Assembly (NCBI GenBank): GCA_028711705.1
Contig: JAQTRS010000002.1
Span: 9,617 to 73,616, forward strand
Reading direction: 5' to 3'
Source of the DNA: Candidatus Moraniibacteriota bacterium
GTDB lineage: Bacteria; Patescibacteriota; Minisyncoccia; Moranbacterales; UBA1568
DNA length: 64,000 bases
Position numbers and translations under genes: made by a program
Part shown: in pieces, positions 18,515-28,808 of the stretch
Layout: every line of letters begins with the position of its first letter
Position numbering within the stretch: position 1 is the stretch's first letter
The notes under the pieces: generated by a model
What the model saw: only the letters and a program-made list of their open reading frames with translations
Told to the model about the DNA's origin: nothing
Database searches by the model: none

Positions 18515-20527
18515 TTATTCCATCTGTGATGACATCTCGTCTACCGCTTGCTTACTGGTCAAAACCCGAACGCCTCGGGACTTGAGCCCGGCGAGAACCG
18601 TGTCCAGATGCGCCGGAGTATTCGACCAGGTCGTGCCATTGTCCACGATGTCATGGTAGACGATCGAAAGATTAGCGCCATCCTTGATGGCCTCATCCAC
18701 CCATGCCAGCACCGTTTCAGGAGATGTGGCCGAGGTAGCACTCATCGCGTGCACATTGTATCGGTCGTAATTATCCTTGGTATTGTATCCGACGTCGACC
18801 GACCTATGCGAGGCATAGAATTTCTTGATATGGGCCAAGACCTCGCTATTGTACTCGCCATACGGGGTGGCGAAACTTTCGACAGGAGCTCCCATATACT
18901 GCGCGATCGTATCCCGGGAAGTGCCGAGCTCATCATCCATCTGCGCAGGGGTCAACAGCGGCAGATGCGGATGGGAAATGGTGTGCGCCCCGATCTCGAA
19001 ACCATAATCTTGGATTTCATGCAATTGCGCCGACGTCATCAGCCCTGGCTTGTCCAGGTCCCCGCTCACCAAAAACATCGTTCCTACCATGCCGTACTTC
19101 TTGAAAAGCGGGAAGGCATTATCGTAGAAGGATGTGAAATAGTCATCGAACGTCAACGTCACGGACGGTTTTTTGAAAGGAACTATCGTCACCGGAGTAA
19201 GCGAATAGTCATCGGTGGTCAGGTATCCGGCGGAATATATGAGCGAATATATGGTGACCGATTTCGCATTCTTCGGCATCGAGATGCGTGTCGAAAACTT
19301 GCTCCATCCGGATGGGGACGGGTATACGACACCCAGATACTCATACTTGACCGTTCCGTCGGCCAGAGTGATTTCGGCATCCGTTTCCGCATACATATCG
19401 GACTTGTACTGCATCGAATACTCATACGTTCGATCCGCCTCGATCGTCTGCGGGGCGAACGAATAAAAAGCGACGCCGCTGGTATGCTGAGTAATCTTCA
19501 CCTGAAGGCTCCTTGAACCGGTGTGGCCTGTTTTGAGATACGAGAAAGTCGCGTTATTTGTTCCCGACTTCGTTTTCTTCCACGACAACGGAAGGGCCGC
19601 ATTGGCAGGATTGACCGTTTCAAGCGACGGATTCGGGATAATGTTCACCACCGGATCCGGTGTCGGAGGAGTCGGCAGGACTGGCGCATTATTCACGATG
19701 AAAGAAACGACGCTCGAGGTGGCGGCATTACCTGCCACATCGCGAGCACGCACGCTTACGGTATGCATCCCATCGGCAAGGGTCTTGGTATCAAGAACCA
19801 CGCTGTACGGAGCCGACGTGTCTTCGGATCCGAAGACCGTGTCGTCGATCATGAACTGCACGCCTGTGACTCCTCCGACATCGGATGCGTCCGCAGCCAG
19901 GGTCTGATCACCGGAGACGGTCGTCCCGGCAATCGGAGCAATCACCGCTGCCGTTGGAGGGACGATGTCCACTACCGGAGCAGAATCCCCTTTCTTGGAA
20001 AGCGAAAAATTATCAGTGAAAAGCGCTCCGAGAGATTTCATCCGGTGAATCACCGTGAATGATTTCGCATCGCTCGGAAGGGCAAATTCCACTTCAAGAC
20101 GCTTCCAGTCGGAGGAGGAAGCTATATCCGAGAGCAGCGTTGTCGTACTGACTTTCCCGCTCGTATTGGTTACTCGAACGAAAAGGCTTGTCGGCCCCGA
20201 AGCCTTATAGTATTCGTTGTACCGATACGAAGCCCCCGCATCAGCGCTTATGGGATTAAAGAACCATCCGGAATAACCCGCAACGTATTTCGTCACGGTA
20301 ATCCCAAGAGCCTTCGCTCCATCCTGCCCGTCGGCGTTCCTGTCGAATATCGCTGTGTTATTCCCCAACTTCTCCCTGGACCATCCGTTCGGAAAACCGC
20401 CCGTACCGATCTCGACGGAAGGATTGGCGATCAAATTATCATCCGCCACCGAATAATCGACGCTTCCTAAAAAAGATGCTGCCGCCACAACCACGAACAC
20501 CGCCAGATATTTTCTGATATTGAACAT
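18515..20527 (-). CDS. Secreted polysaccharide deacetylase (CE4/NodB domain, TLTFDDY…HTISHPHL) with two N-terminal carbohydrate-binding-like beta-sandwich modules and an Ig-like domain
   Basis: A signal peptide, a repeated module starting NP(S/T)(V/L)E…W, and CE4 motifs TFDD and H-x-x-x-H. Confidence 0.75.
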   Translation of the reverse strand: MFNIRKYLAVFVVVAAASFLGSVDYSVADDNLIANPSVEIGTGGFPNGWSREKLGNNTAIFDRNADGQDGAKALGITVTKYVAGYSGWFFNPISADAGASYRYNEYYKASGPTSLFVRVTNTSGKVSTTTLLSDIASSSDWKRLEVEFALPSDAKSFTVIHRMKSLGALFTDNFSLSKKGDSAPVVDIVPPTAAVIAPIAGTTVSGDQTLAADASDVGGVTGVQFMIDDTVFGSEDTSAPYSVVLDTKTLADGMHTVSVRARDVAGNAATSSVVSFIVNNAPVLPTPPTPDPVVNIIPNPSLETVNPANAALPLSWKKTKSGTNNATFSYLKTGHTGSRSLQVKITQHTSGVAFYSFAPQTIEADRTYEYSMQYKSDMYAETDAEITLADGTVKYEYLGVVYPSPSGWSKFSTRISMPKNAKSVTIYSLIYSAGYLTTDDYSLTPVTIVPFKKPSVTLTFDDYFTSFYDNAFPLFKKYGMVGTMFLVSGDLDKPGLMTSAQLHEIQDYGFEIGAHTISHPHLPLLTPAQMDDELGTSRDTIAQYMGAPVESFATPYGEYNSEVLAHIKKFYASHRSVDVGYNTKDNYDRYNVHAMSATSATSPETVLAWVDEAIKDGANLSIVYHDIVDNGTTWSNTPAHLDTVLAGLKSRGVRVLTSKQAVDEMSSQME

Positions 20528-20574
20528 AGCTTTCCATTACATCATTACATGAGACCACCATTCACCTTTCGCTC

Positions 20575-21777
20575 TTATTCTTTCTGAAACCATGGATTCC
20601 CACCCAAATGCCATACGGACACGGAGGTAATGCCCAAACTTTCTATCACCTTACGTTTTATACGCATACTCTCGCTATCCTGATAGAAATATACCACATC
20701 CCCTCGTCTCCACGTCATCTCGCCCGAATCGGCATCACGAACGGCCGTCTCAAACCCTTTCTCCTGCCTCAATTGCTCATATGTTAGGATGGTGATCTGA
20801 CTCTTCCTGATAGTGCCCTTGTATCCGTATGACGGGATACCCACGACGATTTTCCTTATGTCCGGAAGCTTTTCTTTCGTTCGAGCGATAACCTCCTTCA
20901 TCCATGGTATCGGAGCTATGGGTGTGCCCGTCCCATGATCGAATTGATAATCATAGAGCATGATAACGGCATAATCAACCGGCAAGACGGCCATATCCTC
21001 ATATCTCCATGAAAACCATCCCGCTTCTTCCTCATTCGCTATCGCCGGACCATCAATCATTAGTTTCTTGCCTTTTTTATGCAATGCGTCACCTAACGCA
21101 GAAACAAATTCCTTATACCTCGGGTATATATCCCCGGTCCATCCCCCAAAATCCTCGAAGTCAAGCTCAATGCCCGTCATGTCATTGTTCACCACGAACT
21201 CGACGAGTGTCCGTATCGTATCATCGCCTCCGAGCGACTTTCGTAAAAACACGTCCATATTCTTCGCATACGATGAGGAGACGGTCGCATACTGGCCTTT
21301 CGAATGCTTCTTCATACCCGCGACATTTTCGGGGGAATACCCGTTGCAGCCAGCTTCCTTTTCAGTGAGGAAAACGAGCTTTCCTTCGTCGGAGACCGTG
21401 AAATATTCTGATTTAAGCACATCCACTATGCCTATATTCGCATATTCGTCGGGAGCCTTGCACGCAGGCTCACCTGGATAGATCCAAGCCATCACCTCCG
21501 TCGTGTTTCGTGAATCCGTAGCGATTTTCGCAGCCGGGCCGGCTGGTGATACAGGCGCCTTAGAAACGGTTTTTTCGTTCGCATCCTCCGCAGGAATATT
21601 CCTGTCGGAAATGACCGGCGAAGAAGGTGTGCTACTACTGCCAAATGTATCGACAGGCGCCTCCTTTCCAGAAAAACATACGAAAACGACCTCGCCTACG
21701 ATTATGAGGCAGACCAAAGCGATGGCAATACTGTATTTTTTGCGATTCAAATCCGACATACGCCTCTTTTTTATCAT
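20575..21777 (-). CDS. Membrane-anchored GH18-like glycoside hydrolase (chitinase-like catalytic motif variant GIELDFEDFGGW)
   Basis: A DxxDxDxE-like motif in which one Asp is replaced by Glu; TIM-barrel-like length. Confidence 0.5.
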   Translation of the reverse strand: MIKKRRMSDLNRKKYSIAIALVCLIIVGEVVFVCFSGKEAPVDTFGSSSTPSSPVISDRNIPAEDANEKTVSKAPVSPAGPAAKIATDSRNTTEVMAWIYPGEPACKAPDEYANIGIVDVLKSEYFTVSDEGKLVFLTEKEAGCNGYSPENVAGMKKHSKGQYATVSSSYAKNMDVFLRKSLGGDDTIRTLVEFVVNNDMTGIELDFEDFGGWTGDIYPRYKEFVSALGDALHKKGKKLMIDGPAIANEEEAGWFSWRYEDMAVLPVDYAVIMLYDYQFDHGTGTPIAPIPWMKEVIARTKEKLPDIRKIVVGIPSYGYKGTIRKSQITILTYEQLRQEKGFETAVRDADSGEMTWRRGDVVYFYQDSESMRIKRKVIESLGITSVSVWHLGGNPWFQKE

Positions 21778-22466
21778 TGCTTCGCCGCCAATAAACGCTC
21801 CGCCAACGCCACATCATTGGGATTGCCGAAAGGCAGCCATCGGGTTGTCACTTCGACCATAACGGGATAATCCAAGCTCATCTTGACCAATGTCTGAGGC
21901 AAACCGAATTCCGTCTCGGATATCGGCACGGGCGGATAGGAGAAGAAATCCGTATTGAGAATATAGGCACCCGTATTCACCAACCCCTCCCCCAATCGAT
22001 GCGGCCGTTCTACCACACCCATCAGATGGTTCGCATCGTCAATCGTCACCAATCCAAAAGAGGCTGCATCCTGCGTATAATAACCGAGCAGGGCCAAGGG
22101 ATGCTGCATCAATTTCTCAATATCTTCGGTAGCATATATATCATCGCCCATCGTCACCAAGAATCGATCATACACCAGATCCTTCACGAAGTGCACCGCG
22201 CCTGCCGTACCGTTGAGCTCTCGCTGCTCGACATAGGTTATGGTCCGCCCGTTCCATTCATCGCCGAAATACTCCGTAATGACTTCCTTCCTGTATCCCA
22301 CAACCAAAATAACCTCATGGAAAGATGCGGGAAGCATATCTATCTTGTGTGCCAAAATGGGCAAACCCAGCACTTCGATCATCGGCTTCGGGAGTTCTTT
22401 CGTCAATTCACCCATACGGGTGCCCCGTCCAGCCGCCAAAATCACACATTGCATACCATTCATCAT
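21774..22466 (-). CDS. Sugar-1-phosphate nucleotidyltransferase (NTP_transferase family)
   Basis: The motif LAAGRGTRM (G-x-G-T-R); 230 aa; 4-nt overlap with the downstream gene. Confidence 0.75.
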   Translation of the reverse strand: MMNGMQCVILAAGRGTRMGELTKELPKPMIEVLGLPILAHKIDMLPASFHEVILVVGYRKEVITEYFGDEWNGRTITYVEQRELNGTAGAVHFVKDLVYDRFLVTMGDDIYATEDIEKLMQHPLALLGYYTQDAASFGLVTIDDANHLMGVVERPHRLGEGLVNTGAYILNTDFFSYPPVPISETEFGLPQTLVKMSLDYPVMVEVTTRWLPFGNPNDVALAERLLAAKQ

Positions 22467-22898
22467 TGAAGAATTACCTCACTTTTCCCATGTGCCGCCT
22501 TCATCCCGAGAAACAAAAACAGGATGGAGCGCGAATACGTTCCGCGTCATATCCTGCAATTTCCTCGCAAGCGACTTCCAACAACAACGATCCCGTTCCC
22601 GGTCTTAGGCATCCCTGAGACAGATTCAAAATACTGTCTTGCGCCAACAATCCTCGATCCCCCCTTCAATACTGGAACTATGATGGATATCTGCTTCATG
22701 CCCCTCAATACGGTATGTCGCTATTCGGTAGAAAAGCGCACTACAGATCGTTAAATAATTTCTTGCAAACCTTTCGTGTTGGTATTCTCTCTTGTCTGGT
22801 AATTACAGAATTGTATCAGCTGACCTGTATTTGTCAACAGAAAATAAGACCATAGATTGACAGGTTTGTCAGTTTTTGCGTTGGTATCGATACAAAAA

Positions 22899-22929
22899 AC
22901 AGCCCCTGTGCTACAGGAGGACTGTTTTT
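22899..22929. terminator. Bidirectional terminator (AAAAAACAGCCCCTGTGCTACAGGAGGACTGTTTTT)
   Basis: An imperfect stem flanked by A and T tracts, just downstream of the minus-strand CE4 gene. Confidence 0.5.
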
Positions 22930-22945
22930 GTGGGTACGCAGCGGT

Positions 22946-24127
22946 TTATTGCTGCATCATTCCTATTCCCTGGCTGAGCGTCACGGTCTTGACGTTCTGG
23001 GCTTTGATATAGTCGACCATGGTCTTAAGGAGCGCCGGGTCATTGCTGAATTCCCCGCCATTCACATCCTGGCGATGCATTTCGAATATCACCCACTGCT
23101 TCTTGGCGACCGCATTATCGATCCATCCCTTGATGGTCGGCCAGGTCACGTCGGACGTGATATGCTGGTCACGCAATTTGTATCTATCAGTCAATGGACT
23201 GTTATACCCCTCATCCACACTTCGTGCCCCGATATATCCAGCATTTTTTACCAACGTGATAATCGAATCATTATAGGTGCCGTATGGGTAGACGAGTGAA
23301 GTCGCAGTGATACCCAAATTTTGCAGATTAACTTTCGACTGATTGATTTCCTTCTTCGCTTGAGCATTGGTAAGTATCGTGAGGTCGGGATGTGTCTGGG
23401 TATGTGAAGCGATTTCATGTCCCCTGGCAGCCATGTCCTTGATTTGTGAGGTTGTCACATATTCCGGTTCTGAGAGATACTTCGTGATAATCGCCTGGGT
23501 GCTTTTGATGCCGGCTGCATCGAGAATCGGCAGCCCATTTGCATAAGTGCTTTTGAAACCGTCATCGAAAGAAAAAGTTACCATCCCTTGGGCAAATTCC
23601 GCCTTCTGACTGACAAGACTTACATCATCAATGGTCAATTGTCCCACTTTGTCGATCAAATGAAACACCGTGAGCGCAGCAACGCCAGTCGGAACGACGA
23701 TAGAAGCTTGCGTCTGTTTCCATGTCGTACCGGTCTTGGGAACGGCTGCCAGATATTCATACTGATACGAATCATCGGTCATGTGGTATTGGGCCACAAG
23801 AGCCGTATCGACATTGGATTTGTACCAATCCGAGAAAAGATACTCCTCCCCCGCATTGACGGCTACTTCGTCGAAATACCATTTGGCATCGCCGTCAGTA
23901 TAGGCGGTGATGGCGACTTTGGCGGCACGGGTGCTTGAGTGTCCGGCGACCGGATAGGTGAACTTCGGCGTGTTGCTCCCCCAGGAGTCGCCCGACCAAA
24001 ACTGCGGATTGGTCCCATCCGCTGTTTCAAGTGTCGGATTTGGCACGAGGTTAGTCGTTGCGGCCGAGGCTGTTGCGATAGGATTCGTTACAAGTACGGC
24101 GAGCAAGAAAACGAGTAGTTTCTTCAT
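22946..24127 (-). CDS. Secreted polysaccharide deacetylase (CE4) with an N-terminal CBM-like beta-sandwich. Paralogous to the C-terminal half of the 18515-20527 protein
   Basis: A signal peptide MKKLLVFLLAVLV and the motifs VTFSFDDG and HTQTHPDL. Confidence 0.75.
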   Translation of the reverse strand: MKKLLVFLLAVLVTNPIATASAATTNLVPNPTLETADGTNPQFWSGDSWGSNTPKFTYPVAGHSSTRAAKVAITAYTDGDAKWYFDEVAVNAGEEYLFSDWYKSNVDTALVAQYHMTDDSYQYEYLAAVPKTGTTWKQTQASIVVPTGVAALTVFHLIDKVGQLTIDDVSLVSQKAEFAQGMVTFSFDDGFKSTYANGLPILDAAGIKSTQAIITKYLSEPEYVTTSQIKDMAARGHEIASHTQTHPDLTILTNAQAKKEINQSKVNLQNLGITATSLVYPYGTYNDSIITLVKNAGYIGARSVDEGYNSPLTDRYKLRDQHITSDVTWPTIKGWIDNAVAKKQWVIFEMHRQDVNGGEFSNDPALLKTMVDYIKAQNVKTVTLSQGIGMMQQ

Positions 24128-24299
24128 ACTGCATATCCTAAAAAAATTATACGCCATCCCATATCTCTTGTTTTTTGTTTTACATAAGCTTGTTCGTTAA
24201 AGAATTACATACGAAACAGGCCTCATTTATTGCCCTTTTGAGTAAACAATACACATTTTTTTCCAAAAAATCAACCTATTTTATACTGAAATAAAAGGG

Positions 24300-24328
24300 T
24301 TGTTTCCAACGTAGCAATCAAGTATAAT
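24300..24328 (+). promoter_or_regulatory. Candidate promoter TTGTTT-17-TATAAT for the 24368 gene
   Basis: Read directly in an AT-rich divergent intergenic region. Confidence 0.35.
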
Positions 24329-24367
24329 CAAAGTACAAAAAATAACGGTTTTTTTAACGGTGTTTTT

Positions 24368-25633
24368 ATGAAAAAAGATACAAAATATCCTTTTGTTTCG
24401 TTTGCGTTTTTTTCGTCCATGATACTTTTGCTCCCGCTCATTTCCTACTCTTGCTACCTGAGAAGCGGCACTTCGGCGGACGCAGAAGAAGAGCCAATCA
24501 TAACGGAAGCGCCTACACCATCGACAGACACACTCTCAGCGATTCCTGCGGAAGCCGCTCTTGCTGCAGCGCCATCGAACGCACCCGACACACTCGTGCC
24601 AGGCGAGGCGCAACCGCGAGCGATAGAAACATTCAAACCGCTCGATCTTACGGGTGCAAATGACGAACAACTCAAAAAATTAAGCGCCTATCAAAATGCG
24701 CTCGGCGGTTTTGTGACCAATCAATTGATGGTATTCGTAGATATGCCACAGACATCTTCGGGTATCAAAAAGTCCGCAAGGTATATCGCTCAAACATCCG
24801 ATGAATTTGCCAGACACGGAGTCACGCCTATCTTCATCTTCGAACCGATAGACGAGAAAGATCGATCGCTCAACCTCAAGAAAGTGGCCGAGGGAAAATA
24901 CCAAAAAAACCTCGATCAGCTTTTCGCTGAAATCCAAAAATCCGGTGCGGTCGAAAAAAATCTCGGTATCTTCGTCCCTTATCCGGAAGCCAATACTTCT
25001 GCTTGGGATAGGAGCGATTCTTCGCCAGAAGAATTCCCCGCCATATTCAACGCCTTTTTTGATACGGCCAAAAAATACTACCCGCACATACGAGGCAGCA
25101 TCCTCCTTGATACCAAAACCTACCCCATCAACGACAACGATTGGGAACACGGACGAGTCCAAAGCTTTGCGCCGTATCTCACCGGTATAAACCCGGAGCA
25201 CGTCAGCAGCTTCGGTCTCCAGGGCTTTCCTTGGTCCGATGAGCACCTGCAAGGCAAAGATTTCGACGCGCACAACTTCCTGCCGACATCCATCGCCACC
25301 GAAGCTGCCTCTATCCTCCATACCGACACGATATGGCTCAATACTGGAACATTTCGAGAAATGTATACCATCGGCAATTCCCCGGTAAGCGCCGATGAAC
25401 GGGCTCAGATATTCCAGTCCATTCTCGGCCAGGCAAACGCCCTCACCTCGCAAGGCTTCAAAACCTGGATCAATATCTTCGCCGAAAACAAGATGGCCGT
25501 CGACGAAAAAACCGATTGGTCCTATCTTGATGCAACCCAGAACAAAACCCTCAGCCCTCACGAATCTGCCCTCAAAAAATTTATCGATGATGCGCGCGGT
25601 TCGGGCGTAGCGCTTTCACTCTTTGACCTTTGA
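24368..25633 (+). CDS. Membrane-anchored conserved protein, paralogue of 15126-16319
   Basis: Shared motifs VPYPEAN, FGLQGFPW and WINIFAENK…TDWSYL. Confidence 0.6.
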   Translation: MKKDTKYPFVSFAFFSSMILLLPLISYSCYLRSGTSADAEEEPIITEAPTPSTDTLSAIPAEAALAAAPSNAPDTLVPGEAQPRAIETFKPLDLTGANDEQLKKLSAYQNALGGFVTNQLMVFVDMPQTSSGIKKSARYIAQTSDEFARHGVTPIFIFEPIDEKDRSLNLKKVAEGKYQKNLDQLFAEIQKSGAVEKNLGIFVPYPEANTSAWDRSDSSPEEFPAIFNAFFDTAKKYYPHIRGSILLDTKTYPINDNDWEHGRVQSFAPYLTGINPEHVSSFGLQGFPWSDEHLQGKDFDAHNFLPTSIATEAASILHTDTIWLNTGTFREMYTIGNSPVSADERAQIFQSILGQANALTSQGFKTWINIFAENKMAVDEKTDWSYLDATQNKTLSPHESALKKFIDDARGSGVALSLFDL

Positions 25634-25645
25634 TACCCGATCGCT

Positions 25646-26542
25646 TCAGCGGATCGAGAGCGTTGATTTCGGCTGGATGATGTCTTCAAACGTCGTAAAT
25701 GTCACATCATTGTCCACCAGCGTCTTTAATAGGACCTCATAGTTTTCTGTGTATTTTTGCATATCGAGGTTGCCGTTTTCGTCGGCATACTCCTGCGGAT
25801 GCAGCATGATTACGCATGGCCTTCCAACAGCGAATATCTTTTCACACGTATCGACAACGCCTTTGATCGGTATCATCTGCTGCGTTGCGAAGTCATACGG
25901 CGACGTCACATAATCGAAGAGGTTCTTTCCTTCCGAGGAATTAACCGAAAAACCCTCATCGCGTACAGCTCTCTTTCCCTCATCGGAAATAAGGTTGAAA
26001 GGCGGGATAAATGTCGTCAGCGGCTTGTTTGATATGAGACTCAGCGCTTTTTTACCCAAATCGATCCGGCGTATCGCATCATCATACCCGATCTGTCCGA
26101 ATTCCGTCAGATACACATGATTCGATGGATCATATTCCCCTCCGGAATGATCCCAGCCATGCATCGCGATTTCCATATTGCAACGATTCCTTTTGAGAAA
26201 ATGCATCATGCTCGTATCTTTTTCAATGTCCTTGGGAATCACGCCCGCCACGATGGGCACACCGTATTTGAAAGCCCCTCGCATAAGGCTCATCGAAACA
26301 TCCCGCCACGCATACGATTGAACATCATCGAGCCGCAGCACCACGAGCTTGCGCCCCACAAGCGCCGATGGCCTATCGGCCTGCTGTATACACACGGCAT
26401 CCCGAGCGATATCGATTACGCTTGTATCGTCGTGATAGGCGCTGTTGAGAAAATACACAACACTCCCTCCGGAAAACAACAGTACGATCAACACGATAAT
26501 GCTGCTTACGAGATAACTTTTACGGCCTTGAGGAGTTTCCAT
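25646..26542 (-). CDS. Membrane-anchored putative divergent polysaccharide deacetylase-like protein
   Basis: An N-terminal transmembrane segment. VVLRLDDV and HGWDH loosely resemble CE4 motifs. Confidence 0.4.
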   Translation of the reverse strand: METPQGRKSYLVSSIIVLIVLLFSGGSVVYFLNSAYHDDTSVIDIARDAVCIQQADRPSALVGRKLVVLRLDDVQSYAWRDVSMSLMRGAFKYGVPIVAGVIPKDIEKDTSMMHFLKRNRCNMEIAMHGWDHSGGEYDPSNHVYLTEFGQIGYDDAIRRIDLGKKALSLISNKPLTTFIPPFNLISDEGKRAVRDEGFSVNSSEGKNLFDYVTSPYDFATQQMIPIKGVVDTCEKIFAVGRPCVIMLHPQEYADENGNLDMQKYTENYEVLLKTLVDNDVTFTTFEDIIQPKSTLSIR

Positions 26543-26620
26543 ACGAGGATAATAAAGATATGGGTTACGAAAGTGAAACCGAGCAAAAAATTCATGTTCA
26601 TACGGGTGCGGTTATGCCTG

Positions 26621-27697
26621 TTAAAAAGAGACGCGATCCACCTTTTGCCACACAAGATCGCGCCTGTTCAACACTATCTCTTTGACGAATTCGGTGCTGA
26701 TGATGAATGCATTGATAAACACTATCAGAACATACGCCGGGAAAAATAAGAGCAATTCATAGCGATGGCCTTTGATGCTCGCGTACAAAGCGAAGAGAAA
26801 CGCATTCAGAAAATACATCGGGAGTATGAAGGTGAAGAACGCCTTCGGATTGGCCAAAGGCATGATGAACAGAAGCATACTGTAAAACACGCCGTCCAGA
26901 AAGATGCACGAGAGCTCGAATGCCGCCGCAGGACGATGGAAGACTATCGGGTAATACTTCCGGATATTCTGCCACCCGCCGCCATACCAGCGCCGCATCT
27001 GCCGAATATAGGAGGGCAGATTGGGCGGATCCTGGGTATACACCTTGGCATCTTCGGCATAGATGATCTTAAGACCCTTCAGGTGCAGCTGGAACGTGAA
27101 ATCCAAGTCCTCGGTCACAGTGTCGTGATTGAACGACAGGCCTCGCAGCACTTCGGTGCGCATGGCCGTCGCACACCCCGGCATCACGAACATGTAGTTG
27201 ATGATCGACTGCGCTTTCTTGAAAATCCCCTGGCCCACGATATAGTCGATCGCCCGGCAGGCCGTCAGCCAATTATGCTTAAGGCTGCACACATAGCCGC
27301 CCACCGCACCCACCTCGCGCTTCTCATCGCTCAAAAACGCCGCTTCTATCCGCTCGACGAAATGCTCGTCGATAATCGTGTCCGCATCCGTCATCACAAC
27401 CACATCCCCGGTCACGCTCGGGAGTCCGGCCTCTTGAGCCTTACTTTTGTTGCCGGTGTTGATGACCAGGTTTATCGCATGTATAACCGCGTGTTCGCTT
27501 GCAAATGACGCGAGAATCTTTTGTGTCCCATCCGTGCTGCCGTCATTGACCACGACGATCTGATCCAATGGACGCGTCTGAACAAGAGCGGACTCGAGGC
27601 ACTTTCGAAGACCCTTTTCTTCGTTATGACATGGGATAAGGAGCGAGATTTTCATAGATGCCATATCATGCCATTCGCACCGTCCAAGCTCCATCAA
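26621..27697 (-). CDS. Second processive GT2 synthase (PgaC/NodC-like; LLIPCHNE, DAD, QMRRW)
   Basis: Motif set as given. A C-terminal transmembrane bundle. The likely start is the internal Met MKISLL at 27655. Confidence 0.8.
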   Translation of the reverse strand: MMELGRCEWHDMASMKISLLIPCHNEEKGLRKCLESALVQTRPLDQIVVVNDGSTDGTQKILASFASEHAVIHAINLVINTGNKSKAQEAGLPSVTGDVVVMTDADTIIDEHFVERIEAAFLSDEKREVGAVGGYVCSLKHNWLTACRAIDYIVGQGIFKKAQSIINYMFVMPGCATAMRTEVLRGLSFNHDTVTEDLDFTFQLHLKGLKIIYAEDAKVYTQDPPNLPSYIRQMRRWYGGGWQNIRKYYPIVFHRPAAAFELSCIFLDGVFYSMLLFIMPLANPKAFFTFILPMYFLNAFLFALYASIKGHRYELLLFFPAYVLIVFINAFIISTEFVKEIVLNRRDLVWQKVDRVSF

Positions 27698-27997
27698 TCT
27701 ATCAGAACCCAGTATCGAGAGGAATAGCCATTTTTTATATTACGGTAATACAATTTTCAATAGATTTCTCCAAGAGTTTCACAATCTATCACAAACACAA
27801 TACTATGGATGTAAAGTTCTTAAATTTTACCAGAAACCAAAGAATCGTCAAGGACTCTTTTCTGTCTGTTTATCCTTTAAATGAGGGTTTATTGTTTCTA
27901 CGTCGCCTTCCTCAAAATTATTCCGCTTTTCGGGCCACACATATTTCCAGCAAATAGCCAAGACAGAAAATATGTATTGTAAGCAACTATTTCAGGC

Positions 27998-28798
27998 CTA
28001 ATGATCCTCATCATCCCCATGTTCATGCGAGTTCTCGCCATGTTCATGATCATGTTCATGATCGTCATCATCCTCTTCATCTTTGCATATCGAGAAAAGA
28101 TCCACCGTTTCAACCTCGCTTTTCCACTCATCGTTCTGCTCCCTTACAGCCTGCACCTGAAGAAAATGGCTTCGTTTTGAGACAGGAAGACAATCCCTCT
28201 CTTCCGTGTCATATTCCTCCCCGCCATCGATAGGGTCATCATCATCATCGGAAAATTCATAATAAATACGGGTATCCGGAAGCGAAGCGGACAGGCGAAT
28301 ACAGAAGGAATCTTTTTCATCCTTCTTATCTGCATCCCTATCCTTATCTTTGTCATCTTTTTCATTATCCTTTTTTTCATCATCATGCCTATCACCATCA
28401 TCCGCATGATCTTCTGGATGCTCTTTGCCATGTCCATCTCCCTCGTCATCCCCATCTTGGCCATGCTCCTTTTGATTCCTCTTGTCATTATCCCCATCGC
28501 CATCATCTTTTTTGGTATGCTCTTTATTTCCATCATTCCCATCTCCACCCTCATCCTGATCATTATCTTCGCAATCCTCTTTGCTCCCATCTTTATCACA
28601 TTCGACATCGATTATCACCTCCGGTATCCACTCGCCCGTTTGCACAAGCAGGTTCTTCGTAATATCATGCGCGGAAAAATATGCCATCGTCAACGCGAAG
28701 CTCTCCTGTTTCAACACCAACGCGAAAATACTCAAAGAAAACAAGGTTATTCGCAAGTATCGTTTGAAAAAATGGGTTGTTTTCTGCCAAGGGAGCAT
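27998..28798 (-). CDS. Signal/transmembrane-anchored hyper-acidic Asp/Glu/His/Lys-rich low-complexity protein (…DDDDHEHDHEHGENSHEHGDDEDH)
   Basis: Its start (MLPWQ…) lies 8 nt after the sipW-like stop. The frame was chosen over overlapping low-complexity frames because of this coupling and the N-terminal hydrophobic segment. Confidence 0.5.
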   Translation of the reverse strand: MLPWQKTTHFFKRYLRITLFSLSIFALVLKQESFALTMAYFSAHDITKNLLVQTGEWIPEVIIDVECDKDGSKEDCEDNDQDEGGDGNDGNKEHTKKDDGDGDNDKRNQKEHGQDGDDEGDGHGKEHPEDHADDGDRHDDEKKDNEKDDKDKDRDADKKDEKDSFCIRLSASLPDTRIYYEFSDDDDDPIDGGEEYDTEERDCLPVSKRSHFLQVQAVREQNDEWKSEVETVDLFSICKDEEDDDDHEHDHEHGENSHEHGDDEDH

Positions 28799-28808
28799 AA
28801 GGGTTTTG

